Source: Candidatus Methanomethylicaceae archaeon GD_Cm_T35_P0_bin.15
GTDB lineage: Archaea > Thermoproteota > Methanomethylicia > Methanomethylicales > Methanomethylicaceae
NCBI GenBank assembly: GCA_038801785.1
Contig: JAULTD010000003.1
Coordinates: 15,169-79,168 of the forward strand
Length of the DNA: 64,000 nt
Reading direction: 5' to 3'
Shown: piece by piece, positions 39,872 through 49,916 of the stretch
Numbering within the stretch: position 1 is the first letter of the stretch
Layout: each line of letters starts with the position of its first letter
Position numbers and translations under genes: made by a program
Notes under the pieces: generated by a model
What the model was told of the DNA's origin: nothing
Seen by the model: the letters and a program-made list of their open reading frames with translations, nothing else
The model's database searches: none

Positions 39872-40150
39872 ATGGAAGTCAAGGTGGAGTTCTTCGCGTA
39901 CCTCAGGGAGAAGATGGGGACGGCCAGCAAGGTCGTCTCCTTCAGCGGCGGCACCGTCAGGGACCTCGTATACGACGTCGGCGGCGGGCCGGGCGGGACG
40001 CTCAGCGAGCAGGTGATGGCCGGGGGGTGTCTGAGGGAGATGGTGAAGGTCCTCGTTAACGGGAGGGATGTGAGGGGGCTGGACGGCCTAGACACCGAAC
40101 TCCACGACGGGGATGTCGTCTCGTTCTTTCCGCCGGTGGCGGGCGGATGA
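39872..40150 (+). CDS. MoaD/ThiS/SAMP ubiquitin-like sulfur carrier
   Basis: VEFFAYLRE, VLVNG, DGDVVSFFPPVAGG C-terminal diglycine; divergent from the AOR gene. Confidence 0.93.
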   Translation: MEVKVEFFAYLREKMGTASKVVSFSGGTVRDLVYDVGGGPGGTLSEQVMAGGCLREMVKVLVNGRDVRGLDGLDTELHDGDVVSFFPPVAGG

Positions 40151-40195
40151 GGGCCGGACGGTGGCACTGCCGCATCGGAAGGGGTCGTCCGACCC

Positions 40196-40251
40196 TAAAT
40201 GATGATTTTTCGGGGCTGAAGCGAGGCGGATTGACCGGCTGGCGCAGAGCA
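40196..40251 (+). ncRNA. Candidate box C/D guide sRNA
   Basis: Perfect C box ATGATGA (40199-40205), 10-nt spacer, D' CTGA, C'-like GGATTGA, 10-nt spacer, D-like CAGA; intergenic. Confidence 0.45.
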
Positions 40252-40315
40252 AGACAGGTCAGAACGGAGCGTAGGAGAAAAAGGAAGAGGTATAACAGAT
40301 ACCCCTCTCCCGGGC

Positions 40316-40630
40316 TTACTTCGTCTCCGGTTTTCCAGACAGGTGTATCTCGATGGTAGAGACGTTCCTTGGCGGCTCTCCCAGGACCTCCGTGCCGATA
40401 GAGACCGTCTTTGCGACGGTACTCCCGCTGAGGAACCTCTTGGAGACCACCTCGGCTACGTCTACTGCCCGGGAGATAGCTCGTCCGCGTGCTTTGATGG
40501 TAATCTCGCCGCTCTCCGCCAGTTGCATCAGCGCAGCCATTGCATAGCTCATGATGGGCTTCTTGCCGATCAAAATCACGTCCCTGGGAACCGAGGATTT
40601 CTCTTGTGTTTCCTGCACATCTTCAGCCAC
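40316..40630 (-). CDS. albA: DNA/RNA-binding protein Alba
   Basis: ILIGKKPIMSY, IKARGRAISRAVDVAE, IGTE, NVSTIEI. Confidence 0.96.
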   Translation of the reverse strand: MAEDVQETQEKSSVPRDVILIGKKPIMSYAMAALMQLAESGEITIKARGRAISRAVDVAEVVSKRFLSGSTVAKTVSIGTEVLGEPPRNVSTIEIHLSGKPETK

Positions 40631-40734
40631 GATGGTTTCACCTCCGAAAGCAAAGATTCATTATCCCATTCAGGATACAACTACTTAAGCCTTTAGCGAA
40701 GGCCGAGGGATGATCTCTGGGCAAGAGACTGGTC

Positions 40735-41298
40735 GTGGAGAGCTACAACTCGACCTCTCCACTCTATGACGAACGCTACCTCGATGAGCAGAAGCTCAAG
40801 ATCGGCTTCATGCTGGGCAGGGTCAGGCTCCCCGGAGGGGGAGTAGTACTGGATGCAGGATGCGGCACCGGGGCCCTGATAGAGAGCCTGGGCAGCGGGC
40901 TCTTCATTGGCGTAGACCCCTCGCCCGGCATGATCAGGCGTGCACGGGAGAGGGCGGAGAGGTGGGAGCGGGGAGGTTTGAAGGAGGGGGAGGGGGGAGG
41001 CGCGGAGAGGGGGGGCAGGGAGGCGGAGCTCATTGTGGCGGATTTGGAGGCGCTCCCGATCAGGGGATCATCCTGCGACGCTGTCTTCTCGGTGACAGTC
41101 CTCCAGCTCCTCGACGACCCTGCCAAGGGGATCTCGGAGCTGCAGAGGGTGCTGAAGGATGGGGGGGCGGCGGCCATAAGCGTGCTCCGAAAGGCAGGCT
41201 TTGCCGGGAGGCTCGGCGATCTCGCGCCAGCCATCAGGGGCGAGGTCTATGATTCGGAGACCATGAAGGACGTGTTCCTGATAGGGCGGAAGGCGTAG
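40735..41298 (+). CDS. Class I SAM-dependent methyltransferase
   Basis: VLDAGCGTG, GVDPS..MI, AD.EALP, RVLK.GG. Confidence 0.9.
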   Translation: MESYNSTSPLYDERYLDEQKLKIGFMLGRVRLPGGGVVLDAGCGTGALIESLGSGLFIGVDPSPGMIRRARERAERWERGGLKEGEGGGAERGGREAELIVADLEALPIRGSSCDAVFSVTVLQLLDDPAKGISELQRVLKDGGAAAISVLRKAGFAGRLGDLAPAIRGEVYDSETMKDVFLIGRKA

Positions 41299-41495
41299 CG
41301 CCCCGGCAGGTATCTGCAGACGTCGGCAGTCCGGAAGGGGGCATGGTTGGAGGGGCGCGGTGGAACGGTAGGCGCCGCCGGCAAGCCATGCGCCAGCATA
41401 AACGGAGGAGGGTTTAGCAGACCGCTGAGGGGGATGACCTCCTTGCAGAACCTTTATAATAAAGCGCGTCCGACATAAAGAGAGATGGTGTTATT

Positions 41496-41729
41496 ATGCG
41501 AAGTGAACCGATCAGGCTGCTTAACAAGTCGCTGCGCAACCAGATCCTTGTAAAGCTGAAGGACGGGCACGAGTACATCGGCAACCTAGAGAAGTACGAC
41601 AATACCATGAACCTAATCCTTACCGACGCGGTCGAGGCGATGGACGATGGCGGCAGCGCTGTCGCGAAGTACGGCAAGATACTAGTAAGGGGAAACAACA
41701 TACTCTACATCAAGGCCGTCGGTCCCTGA
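41496..41729 (+). CDS. Sm-like (Lsm/SmAP) RNA-binding protein
   Basis: Sm1 G.L..YD..MNLIL, Sm2 ILVRGNNI; upstream of mat as for crenarchaeal SmAP2. Confidence 0.95.
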   Translation: MRSEPIRLLNKSLRNQILVKLKDGHEYIGNLEKYDNTMNLILTDAVEAMDDGGSAVAKYGKILVRGNNILYIKAVGP

Positions 41730-41879
41730 GCCGGAGCGGCTTGATTCGAAGTCAGCGGTGGGAGCCCCGGGCTGGCAGCTGGTTATTATCCAGAGTTATA
41801 AAAAACTGCCAAAATTAATATTAAATACTTGCCTAGGAAGGTATAGCTGTTTTTACGGAGGTTTACGGAGGAGACTGCT

Positions 41880-43097
41880 TTGGTTTCGAGGAACGTCATG
41901 GTGGAGAGCCTGCGGCAGCAACCGATAGAGGAGCACAGTGTAGAGTTCGTCGAGAGGAAGGGGCTCGGCCACCCTGACTATATCGCGGACAGCGTGGCCG
42001 AGGAGCTGAGCATCCTGCTCTGCAAGGAATATACGGAGAGGTTCGGCGCTGTCCTCCACCACAATGTGGACAAGGTCCTCCTGGTGGGCGGACAGTCCTG
42101 CCCGGCATTCGGGAGCGGGGACATCATCTCCCCCATCTACATAATCATGTCCGGCAGGGCAACGACCGAGGTCGATGCCGGCGGGAAGAGGACGTACCTG
42201 CCGGTGGGGAGGCTGGCGGTAAAGGCCGCAAAGGAATGGATAGGCAGGAACCTCAGGTTCCTGGACCCCGAGAAGCACGTGATCGTTGACCATAAGATAG
42301 GGAAAGGATCCGCCGACCTGGTCTGCATATACGACACCAAGATGGGCAGGCCGTGCTCCAACGATACGTCTTTCGGAGTCGGCTACGCGCCGTTCGACAC
42401 CCTCGAGAACATTGTCTTTGATGCCGAGAGGTTCCTGAACTCCCCCGCCATGCGGAAGAAGATACCCGAGCTCGGGGAGGACATAAAGGTCATGGGCCTC
42501 AGACACGGGAGGGAGATAGAGCTTACAGTCGCTGCAGCCATGATCTCGGGACTAATCCCGGATCTGGACCACTATATCTCGGTCAAGGAACAGGTCAAGG
42601 CAGAGCTCGAGGACTTTGTCTCCAAGAAGACGGAGATGCCGGTAGAGATCTGCATAAACCACGCGGACTATCCGGAGAGGGGCGTCGTCTACCTGACGGT
42701 GACAGGCACCTCTGCAGAGATGGGCGACGACGGCGAGACAGGGAGGGGCAACAGGGGCAACGGGCTCATCACCCCGCAGAGGCCGATGTCCTTGGAGGCG
42801 ACAGCGGGCAAGAACCCGGTCAGCCACGTCGGCAAGATTTACAACGTCCTAGCGAGGAACATCGCGGATAAGGTGGCAGGACTGGGGGGAGTGGGCGAGG
42901 CATACGTCAAGATTGTGAGTCAGATCGGCAGACCGATCGACTTCCCCCATATGGCCAACGTCCAGCTCCTGTTGACGGACGGGACCGCCCTGACGTCCAA
43001 CCTCAGCCAAGAGGTAAACCAGATAGTGGACGCTGAGTTCGACTCGATCGAGAAGGTCACCGAGGCGATAATAAACAGGAAGGTCACCCTCTTCTGA
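41880..43097 (+). CDS. mat: Archaeal S-adenosylmethionine synthetase
   Basis: [56 protein letters not shown]. Confidence 0.97.
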   Translation: MVSRNVMVESLRQQPIEEHSVEFVERKGLGHPDYIADSVAEELSILLCKEYTERFGAVLHHNVDKVLLVGGQSCPAFGSGDIISPIYIIMSGRATTEVDAGGKRTYLPVGRLAVKAAKEWIGRNLRFLDPEKHVIVDHKIGKGSADLVCIYDTKMGRPCSNDTSFGVGYAPFDTLENIVFDAERFLNSPAMRKKIPELGEDIKVMGLRHGREIELTVAAAMISGLIPDLDHYISVKEQVKAELEDFVSKKTEMPVEICINHADYPERGVVYLTVTGTSAEMGDDGETGRGNRGNGLITPQRPMSLEATAGKNPVSHVGKIYNVLARNIADKVAGLGGVGEAYVKIVSQIGRPIDFPHMANVQLLLTDGTALTSNLSQEVNQIVDAEFDSIEKVTEAIINRKVTLF

Positions 43098-45042
43098 GGG
43101 CCATCTTCCTGTCACGCCGGTACTCCTCTAGGAGGTCCCTGACCTGCTTTACCCTCGCCTCTGGGGTCTTCTGGAGGGCTTCTTTGGCCTCGTCCAGGGC
43201 GCGATCCAGGTCCGCGCGCCTGATCAGGACCAGGCCCCCAACAGCCTCGATCCTCATCTTCAGTGAGGACGTCTGCAAGACAGGGATCCCCTGCCCCTCG
43301 ACCTTGGCCCTGGCGTCGGGGGGAGGTGCGCTCTCCACTATGACGGCCGATATCTTGTAGAGCCTGAGATCGTCAGGGATCTCGTCCGCCCCGGGGAGCC
43401 TGTTGACCATGATCACGCGTTCGTCCCTGCTTGCGGCATCCCTGACTGCCTCAGCGGTCAGGCTCCTGGAGGGCCTCAGCACGGCGTAGAGGCCGGCCGC
43501 CATGCCTGCCACCACAGAACGCAGCCGTGCGTTCTCTCCGCCGAGTATCTCGGCCTCGGCCTTCAGGCTCGCGACCTCGCCCAAGAGCGACTTTATCCTG
43601 CGGTCGAGCTCGTAGAGGTCGCGGTCCTTCGACCGGCGGGGACGCCCGGCAATCCGCGAGAGGCGCGCCTTCAGCTCCAGCTCCTCGATCCGGTCCTTCA
43701 GGGCGGCTACCTCGGAGGCGAGCCTGTCCCTCTCCAGCCGGAGATCCTCTACCTTGGCCTCCAGAACCCTGACCCTTCCGGCGCCCGCGCCTGCCCTCTT
43801 CTTGAGAGGGCGGGGTTCGACGGGAGGGGGCCTGATCTGGGCGATGGCGTCCCTGATGCTCATCCCCTTCATGACCAGGGCCTTGACGCTGTCCAGATCG
43901 GCCGTTACCCCCTCCGACGCTACGTGCGAGGCGGCCTGCTCCAGCTTGTTCCGGTAGAAGGAGTAGGCCTTGACTGCGGCCGCGAGCGAGTCCCTCTGGT
44001 GGGTATCCGAGGCCTTCACGCCCTGCTCTGCCGCCACCCTCTCCGTCATCTCCATCTTCTCCGAGGTCTTCAGGGACCGATCTGGGCGGAAGAGGATGGC
44101 GCTGTGCGAGGCGGCTAGCTTTGATATGAGCGCGGGAGGAGGAGTCACATCTGTTGCGATGACCAGCGCATGTCCGTATTCCGAGACGGTGCGGCTTATC
44201 TGGCCCCTCGTCAGCCCCCTCCCGCTCGAGAGGTGGAGGACCTTCCCGCTTAGGTCCAGGATGGCCACGCCGGTCGTGGTGCCGGGATCGATGCCCACTA
44301 TGAGGTGGCGCTTGGGTCGGGCCTCCTCAGAAGACCCTATCCTCACGTACCTGAAGGATCTGGTGAAGACGGGGGTGATCTTGATATTGATGCTCGAGGT
44401 CCTGATGGGACGTACGACGCCGAAGAGGCGATCGCGGGGGGCGTAGACCGTGAAGGAAGAGCCCTCGATCCCGTGGGACCCCCTCCTGAGGGAGAGGTCA
44501 TAGTCGATGCCCCTCGACCTGAGCGAGTACTCGATCTTCTTCGTCAGGTTCAGAACAGACCCCTGGATGCTCCGCCGGTACCTCCCCTCGCTCATCCCCC
44601 CTGTACCGAACTTCCTCCTCTTCGAGATGGTAATGCGGGTCTCCGGGTCGAAGACCCTCACAGAAAAGCCGTACCCCTTCATGGCGGCCAGCGCTGCGAC
44701 CTCCGCGGATCTTAGGGGGGCGAGCTTCTCGCCGCGTGTAACGCCGAGGCTCTTGCCGATCACGGAGAGGGGGACGAAGCCCTCCGAGGGTGAGCCTGTC
44801 ACCTGGATAAGATCCGCGCCCGAGAGGGTGATCAGCCTCCGTATCGAGGCCTCGGGGCCGATCTCGTATATGTTGTCGACCGCTATGGCGTCGGCCTTGT
44901 AGGCGCGTGCAATCTCCGAGAGGGTTTCCAGCGATGCCGCTTCGCTGCGCAGGAGGATGCCGGAGCTGCTAATGATCACTACTGCAAAACCAGCATAGGA
45001 TGCAAGTTTGTCGATCCCAAGGATTGTTTTATAGACTGTCAT
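43084..45042 (-). CDS. DUF460-family protein (RNase H-like domains + coiled coil)
   Basis: GTGGMS..RY.R, IVGIDPGTTTG, IATDV.P.P, HQRDSLAAA, long coiled coil. Confidence 0.88.
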   Translation of the reverse strand: MTVYKTILGIDKLASYAGFAVVIISSSGILLRSEAASLETLSEIARAYKADAIAVDNIYEIGPEASIRRLITLSGADLIQVTGSPSEGFVPLSVIGKSLGVTRGEKLAPLRSAEVAALAAMKGYGFSVRVFDPETRITISKRRKFGTGGMSEGRYRRSIQGSVLNLTKKIEYSLRSRGIDYDLSLRRGSHGIEGSSFTVYAPRDRLFGVVRPIRTSSINIKITPVFTRSFRYVRIGSSEEARPKRHLIVGIDPGTTTGVAILDLSGKVLHLSSGRGLTRGQISRTVSEYGHALVIATDVTPPPALISKLAASHSAILFRPDRSLKTSEKMEMTERVAAEQGVKASDTHQRDSLAAAVKAYSFYRNKLEQAASHVASEGVTADLDSVKALVMKGMSIRDAIAQIRPPPVEPRPLKKRAGAGAGRVRVLEAKVEDLRLERDRLASEVAALKDRIEELELKARLSRIAGRPRRSKDRDLYELDRRIKSLLGEVASLKAEAEILGGENARLRSVVAGMAAGLYAVLRPSRSLTAEAVRDAASRDERVIMVNRLPGADEIPDDLRLYKISAVIVESAPPPDARAKVEGQGIPVLQTSSLKMRIEAVGGLVLIRRADLDRALDEAKEALQKTPEARVKQVRDLLEEYRRDRKMALRRG

Positions 45043-45225
45043 GGAGGACCAGCTAAAGGTTTATATATTACAATTGCGATACAGGTAGGAACTTAAACTT
45101 ATTCACTTATAAAATTATCTTTTTTAACGCTTTAAACGGAGATCGAAATGCGCGTTAAAAATAAAAACGAAAGGTTTAAATTTAAAAGTTGTGTTTTGTT
45201 TATTTAATAAGTGAAGGGGTAGAGT

Positions 45226-45534
45226 TTGATGACACAGGAATCGGTAGTTACTGACAAGGGGAGCTCCATCACAGTACGGGGCGATGATATCCCCAAGATA
45301 GCCATGGCGCTGTCCTCACCTACAAGAATACAGATCCTCAACTTCATAAAAGATAAGGAAGTCGACATGCAGCAGGTAGCCGAGCTTATAAATCAGAGTA
45401 AGGCGAATGCGAGCGCCCAGATGAGGATACTCGAAGAGGCGGGTCTGGTAAAGACCTCCTACAAGCCCGGCGTGAGGGGTGTCAAAAAGGTCTGTAGCAC
45501 CAACGTTAGAGAGGTAACTCTAGTCTTGGACTGA
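45226..45534 (+). CDS. ArsR-family winged-HTH regulator
   Basis: ALSSPTRIQIL, S.ANAS.Q..ILE.AGLV, G.KK.C. Confidence 0.88.
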   Translation: MMTQESVVTDKGSSITVRGDDIPKIAMALSSPTRIQILNFIKDKEVDMQQVAELINQSKANASAQMRILEEAGLVKTSYKPGVRGVKKVCSTNVREVTLVLD

Positions 45535-45771
45535 GATGCAGGCCGCCTCTAGCGGTTAAAGGTCTTAGGATAACCTCTTTTTTTTATTTATTTATTTACT
45601 GTATTATCAGTGTTCTGTCCGGTCGGCCCCCGCCATCGCCATTCTCCGGCCCTTCTGATGGCTTTCCACCCTGTCCTGCCCTGACCCGACCCGGTCCGCC
45701 CTGCTCTGCTCTGCTCTGCGCTGCTCGCCTCGCCGCTCCTCTCCTCTGCCCTGCGATCCGCCTGGTCCGCC

Positions 45772-47394
45772 TCATACGCCCCGGGGGGCTACCTGCCGCG
45801 CCTTCTTGACGCAGGCCTCCACGAACCCCAGATAGGGGGGAGACGGGCGCCCAGGCCTGGACTTGAACTCTGGGTGGGCCTGGCTTGCCAGAAAGAACGG
45901 GTGAGAAGGCAGCTCGAGGAACTCGATCCTCTTCCCGTCTGCGGACCTGCCGCTCAGGACGAGCCCCCCCGCCTCCAGGCTCTCCCAGTAGTCGGGGTTG
46001 ACCTCGTACCTGTGGCGGTGCCGCTCGTAAGCCTCTGCCGATCCGTAGAGCCTGCTGACGAGCGATCCTTCCTTGAGGGAGATCCTGTAAGAGCCGAGCC
46101 GCATCGTCCCGCCGTAGGCATCGACGGCCTTCTGCTCGGGGAGGAGGTCGATCACGGGGTGGGGCGCCGCGGGGTCGATCTCTGTGCTGTTGGCCCCCCT
46201 AAGCCCCAGAACATTCCGGGCGAACTCGATAGTGGCGAGCTGGAAGCCGAAGCATATGCCGAGGAAGGGTATGCCCTTCTCCCTGGCATAGTTGATCGCC
46301 ATGATCTTGCCCTCCGTGCCCCTCGCCCCGAAGCCGGGCAGGACCATTATCCCGTGGTAGCGGTCGAGGGCGCTCAGCTCCGCGGGACTGTCCTCGAACT
46401 TTGTCGTCTCGATCCACTCGGTGCGGACCTTGACGCCGACCCGTCCGCTGCAGTGGTGGAGGGCCTCGTTGATGCTCACGTACGAGTCGGCGAGCTTGGT
46501 GTACTTCCCGCACATGGCGATCTTGATCTCCCCGACGGTCCTCTGGAAGGAATCGGTGATGGCGATCCATGAGCTCCACTCGGGGCTCCCGTTGGAGAGG
46601 GCCATCCGCCTAACGATGTAATCGCCCATCCCCTGCTGGTCGAGTATGAGGGGGACCTGGTAGATGTTTTCGGCGTTGTAGGACGTAAAGACCGCATCGT
46701 AGGGGATGCTGCCGAAGAGGGAGATCTTCTTCTTGACGTCGGGTTCCAGGGGGACCTTGCTCCTCGCCACTACGATGTCTGGCTGGACCCCTATTCTGCG
46801 CAGCTCCTGGACGCTGTGCTGGCAGGGCTTGCTCTTCTGTTCGTTCGTAGCGTCGAGTACGGGCACCAGAGCGACATGCGCGAAGAGGGTGTTCTCGAAG
46901 CCTTCCTCGAGGCGCATCTGCCTCACCGCTTCCAGGAATGGCTGCCCTTCAATGTCCCCTACCGTGCCTCCGATCTCCACCAGGGTCACGTCCGCCCCCG
47001 ATGCCTTGCCGGCGGCCCTTATCCGCGCTTTTATCTCATCGGTCACGTGAGGGATTATCTGGACGCACCTGCCGAGATACTCGCCCCTCCGCTCCTTCTC
47101 TATGACCGCCGCGTAGACCTGCCCGGTCGTGATGTTGTTGAACTTGGGGATGTTGATATCGAGGAACCTCTCGTAGTGCCCCAGATCGAGGTCGGTCTCG
47201 CCTCCGTCCTCGGTGACAAAGACCTCGCCGTGCATGTAGGGGTTCATAGTCCCGGCATCGACATTGACGTAGGGATCGATCTTAACCGCCGAGACGCGGT
47301 ACCCCCTCGCTTGGAGCATCTTGCCTATCGAGGAGGCGAGGATCCCCTTGCCGACGCTGCTCAGGACGCCGCCTGTGATGAATATGAACTTCAT
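45772..47394 (-). CDS. pyrG: CTP synthase
   Basis: FITGGVLSSVGKG, KIDPY.NVDAGTM, DLDLGHYERF, GICFGFQ, ERHRHRYE, HPEF. Confidence 0.98.
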   Translation of the reverse strand: MKFIFITGGVLSSVGKGILASSIGKMLQARGYRVSAVKIDPYVNVDAGTMNPYMHGEVFVTEDGGETDLDLGHYERFLDINIPKFNNITTGQVYAAVIEKERRGEYLGRCVQIIPHVTDEIKARIRAAGKASGADVTLVEIGGTVGDIEGQPFLEAVRQMRLEEGFENTLFAHVALVPVLDATNEQKSKPCQHSVQELRRIGVQPDIVVARSKVPLEPDVKKKISLFGSIPYDAVFTSYNAENIYQVPLILDQQGMGDYIVRRMALSNGSPEWSSWIAITDSFQRTVGEIKIAMCGKYTKLADSYVSINEALHHCSGRVGVKVRTEWIETTKFEDSPAELSALDRYHGIMVLPGFGARGTEGKIMAINYAREKGIPFLGICFGFQLATIEFARNVLGLRGANSTEIDPAAPHPVIDLLPEQKAVDAYGGTMRLGSYRISLKEGSLVSRLYGSAEAYERHRHRYEVNPDYWESLEAGGLVLSGRSADGKRIEFLELPSHPFFLASQAHPEFKSRPGRPSPPYLGFVEACVKKARQVAPRGV

Positions 47395-47443
47395 ATGGCT
47401 CGCCGGTTATGCCGTTACCTATCCAACAAAAGGGGATAAAAAG

Positions 47444-48172
47444 TTATCCGCGGGGCGCGTCAGGCCCTTTCGGCCCGCTCTGGAGGGGACGCTTCTCCGC
47501 CACAGTGTAGCTCCTGATCGTCCAGGTGCCGCAGTTCCGGCTCCATGCAGTCTCGGCAGAGGTCACGACTATACGCTTCCTGAAGAGGGGTGAGTCGCAG
47601 ACGAATGTCTCGTACTCGCCGCCCTCGCCGGATATGTTGACGCCGTATCTCTCACGTATTCGGAGGAGCGAGAGGAGGGCACCGTCGTCGAGCCTCCTGC
47701 CGAGCCAGCCCCTGTCCAGCCCCTCGGCAGAGACAGAGGTGAAGTAGACCTCCATCCCTTCCCGGATAATCTCCCGCAGTAGGCTCTCCTCCCCCTCCCC
47801 CCAGAGAGGGGAGAGCGCCTCGAGCCCGAGGCTTGAGCAGACGCGGTCTATCCTCTCCCTCTGGTACCTGCTGGCGATCGCACCCGTCCCTATGCCCTCG
47901 ATCCTCCACCTCTCCTGTATGGGCGAGAGGGCTTCCCTCAGCTCTCCGACTTCCTCCTCCTTCTCCCCGGAGACTGAGACCGCCTCGTGCGGTATGCCCA
48001 TGCATGCGGCCTGAACCCCGACCAGGCTCACGTTGGGCAGGTGGAACATCCACGAGTCGCATCCGGCGGGCACAACCGAGACCAGGAGGGCCACCTCGTG
48101 GCCCGCCCTCTTCAGCCTGAGGAGGGCCAGGTTGCTGTCCTTGCCGCCGGAGCAGAGCATGGCAACCCTCAC
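47444..48172 (-). CDS. Diphthine--ammonia ligase (Dph6) family PP-loop ATPase
   Basis: SGGKDS, SWMFH, GAIAS.YQ, PLW, GEGGEYETFV. Confidence 0.92.
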   Translation of the reverse strand: MRVAMLCSGGKDSNLALLRLKRAGHEVALLVSVVPAGCDSWMFHLPNVSLVGVQAACMGIPHEAVSVSGEKEEEVGELREALSPIQERWRIEGIGTGAIASRYQRERIDRVCSSLGLEALSPLWGEGEESLLREIIREGMEVYFTSVSAEGLDRGWLGRRLDDGALLSLLRIRERYGVNISGEGGEYETFVCDSPLFRKRIVVTSAETAWSRNCGTWTIRSYTVAEKRPLQSGPKGPDAPRG

Positions 48173-48189
48173 CAGGATCACCTCGATCT

Positions 48190-48879
48190 TCAGGCGAGCA
48201 GTGCGGCCAAGAGGCCGGTCAGGAATATGCCGTCGAAAGTGCCTGCGCCGCCGATGCTGACGTTGGGCGCCCCGAGACTTTTTATCGAGCCTATGTGGAA
48301 GAGGTCGGCCCCGATCAGCGTCCCGAGGGTGCCGCCCACATATGCGACGACGGGGGCGTAGCTTCCGCCCACTAAGATGGCGACGATCGCGGCTATGATG
48401 GGGGGGACGAACATGGGCGTCACGATGCCCAGTCCCTTGACTGGCCTCGCAACAAAGTAGATGAGGATCGAGACTATGGGCACCGCGAGCGCGGACGGGA
48501 GGAGCGTTTCAGGGTTCATGAGCAGCAGGTAGAGGGAGAGGATCAGCGGCAGCACCGCCCCCCCGACGTTTATGGAGACGACCCCCTCGGCGGGTCTATT
48601 CTCCACGGATTGGACGGGGTAGGGGATCCCAAAGTAGTAAGCGTACTTGATGGAGACTACCGGCTGGGTGGTCCGGTACCTCAGGACCGGTAGGTTGATC
48701 ATGCTGCCCAGTAGGCTGAGGGCAAGGAAGCCGAAGAACGTGAGGAGGCTGAGCCCGAAACGGCTGAGGGTCCGCCCGATCAGGCCGAGTATGAGGAGCG
48801 GCGCGGTAATGAACATGAGGACGAGGAAGAGGACGAGGATCGCGCCGATGACCGGGGGGAAGAATATCCTGCCGCTCAT
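48190..48879 (-). CDS. DUF1614-family membrane protein
   Basis: LLGS.INLP, INVGGA..P, GTLGTLIGADL, SIGGAGTFDGIF. Confidence 0.9.
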   Translation of the reverse strand: MSGRIFFPPVIGAILVLFLVLMFITAPLLILGLIGRTLSRFGLSLLTFFGFLALSLLGSMINLPVLRYRTTQPVVSIKYAYYFGIPYPVQSVENRPAEGVVSINVGGAVLPLILSLYLLLMNPETLLPSALAVPIVSILIYFVARPVKGLGIVTPMFVPPIIAAIVAILVGGSYAPVVAYVGGTLGTLIGADLFHIGSIKSLGAPNVSIGGAGTFDGIFLTGLLAALLA

Positions 48880-48958
48880 AACGAGTACCTTAAAAGAACC
48901 GTGCGGAGTTAGGATATAACTGTTTGGATGTGGTCCGCAATCTTCAGGGGGCGGAGAG

Positions 48959-49852
48959 ATGGAGAGAGATACAGCAGGCGGGAGGGTTGGGGATGAGAGA
49001 GAGGAGGAGGGGGCACCGAAGGCAGAGGGGGGAGATGAGGGTGATCTCGAGAGGGTGCTGGTCACCCTCACGCCTTCGGAAGCGAAGCGCCTCATAGCAA
49101 AGGCTGTAGCCGCGATGAAGCCGGTCAGGAAGGCATTGAGGGAGGGGATCGTGGTGGTCTGCCTAGGCACCACGAATGCTTTCGTTGCCGAGGAGCTGAC
49201 AGGCGACGACCTGGGGAGGGGGAAGGGGAGGTTTGCCATTGGAATAGTAACACCGCGGGGGACGTGCGTCTCCAAGGCGGAGGGGAGGCTCAGGGAGCTC
49301 GTGATTGAGAGGGGCAGGGCAACTGGTCTGGGACTGAAGGATGTCCTTGGCAGGCTCGGCCCTTCGGATGTCTTCATAAAGGGTGCAAATGCGGTGGACC
49401 CTTGGGGGAACGCCGGCGTCTATCTCGGTTCTGAGACAGGGGGGACGGTGGGGCTAAGCATAGGGACCGTCCTGGCCAGGGGGGTCAGGGTGATCGTCCC
49501 CGTGAGCCTCGAGAAGCTGGTGCCCCTGCCAGCAACGGACCTCGTCCAGACCATGGGCAACATGAGGTTCAGGAGGTCGATGGGGATGCCTGTAGGCATG
49601 ATGCCGCTCCCGGGGGAGGTCGTGACGGAGGTCGAGGCTGTGGGGATCCTCTTCGGCTGCTGCTGCATCCCGGCGGGCGGCGGAGGGGTGAGCGGGGCCG
49701 AAGGCGCAAGGTGCTACGTTCTCGAGGGGAGCGCTGAGGAGACGGAGGCGGCGTGGGAGGGGATAGCTGCGCTGAAAGGCGAGCCGCCGGTCGAGTCAGA
49801 GGCCGAAGAGTGCGGCAGGTGTACGGCAAAGTGTCCGGGGAGGCGGCGGTGA
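48959..49852 (+). CDS. Hypothetical enzyme-like protein with C-terminal CxxCxxxC
   Basis: LTPSEAKRLIAKA, GTTN, KGANAVD, GGTVG, PVSLEK, TEVEA, GGV.GAEG; N-terminus low complexity so the true start may be later. Confidence 0.75.
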   Translation: MERDTAGGRVGDEREEEGAPKAEGGDEGDLERVLVTLTPSEAKRLIAKAVAAMKPVRKALREGIVVVCLGTTNAFVAEELTGDDLGRGKGRFAIGIVTPRGTCVSKAEGRLRELVIERGRATGLGLKDVLGRLGPSDVFIKGANAVDPWGNAGVYLGSETGGTVGLSIGTVLARGVRVIVPVSLEKLVPLPATDLVQTMGNMRFRRSMGMPVGMMPLPGEVVTEVEAVGILFGCCCIPAGGGGVSGAEGARCYVLEGSAEETEAAWEGIAALKGEPPVESEAEECGRCTAKCPGRRR

Positions 49853-49916
49853 GGACATGACGGAGGCGGGGAGTCGGCGGCTGGGCTTGCGCCGGTAGGG
49901 CGTGTGGTCTCGGGGA

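Noticed and set aside
39799-40167. N-terminal extension of the 957-aa AOR ORF in the ORF track
   Set aside because: It is the antisense of the moaD-like gene; AOR homology begins at about 39798
41325-41346. CAGTCCGGAAGGGGGCA resembling SRP RNA helix 8
   Set aside because: Imperfect motif, and the intergenic space is too short for a ~300-nt archaeal SRP RNA
45055-45225. AT-rich spacer as a replication origin
   Set aside because: No ORB-like repeats and no adjacent cdc6/orc1 gene
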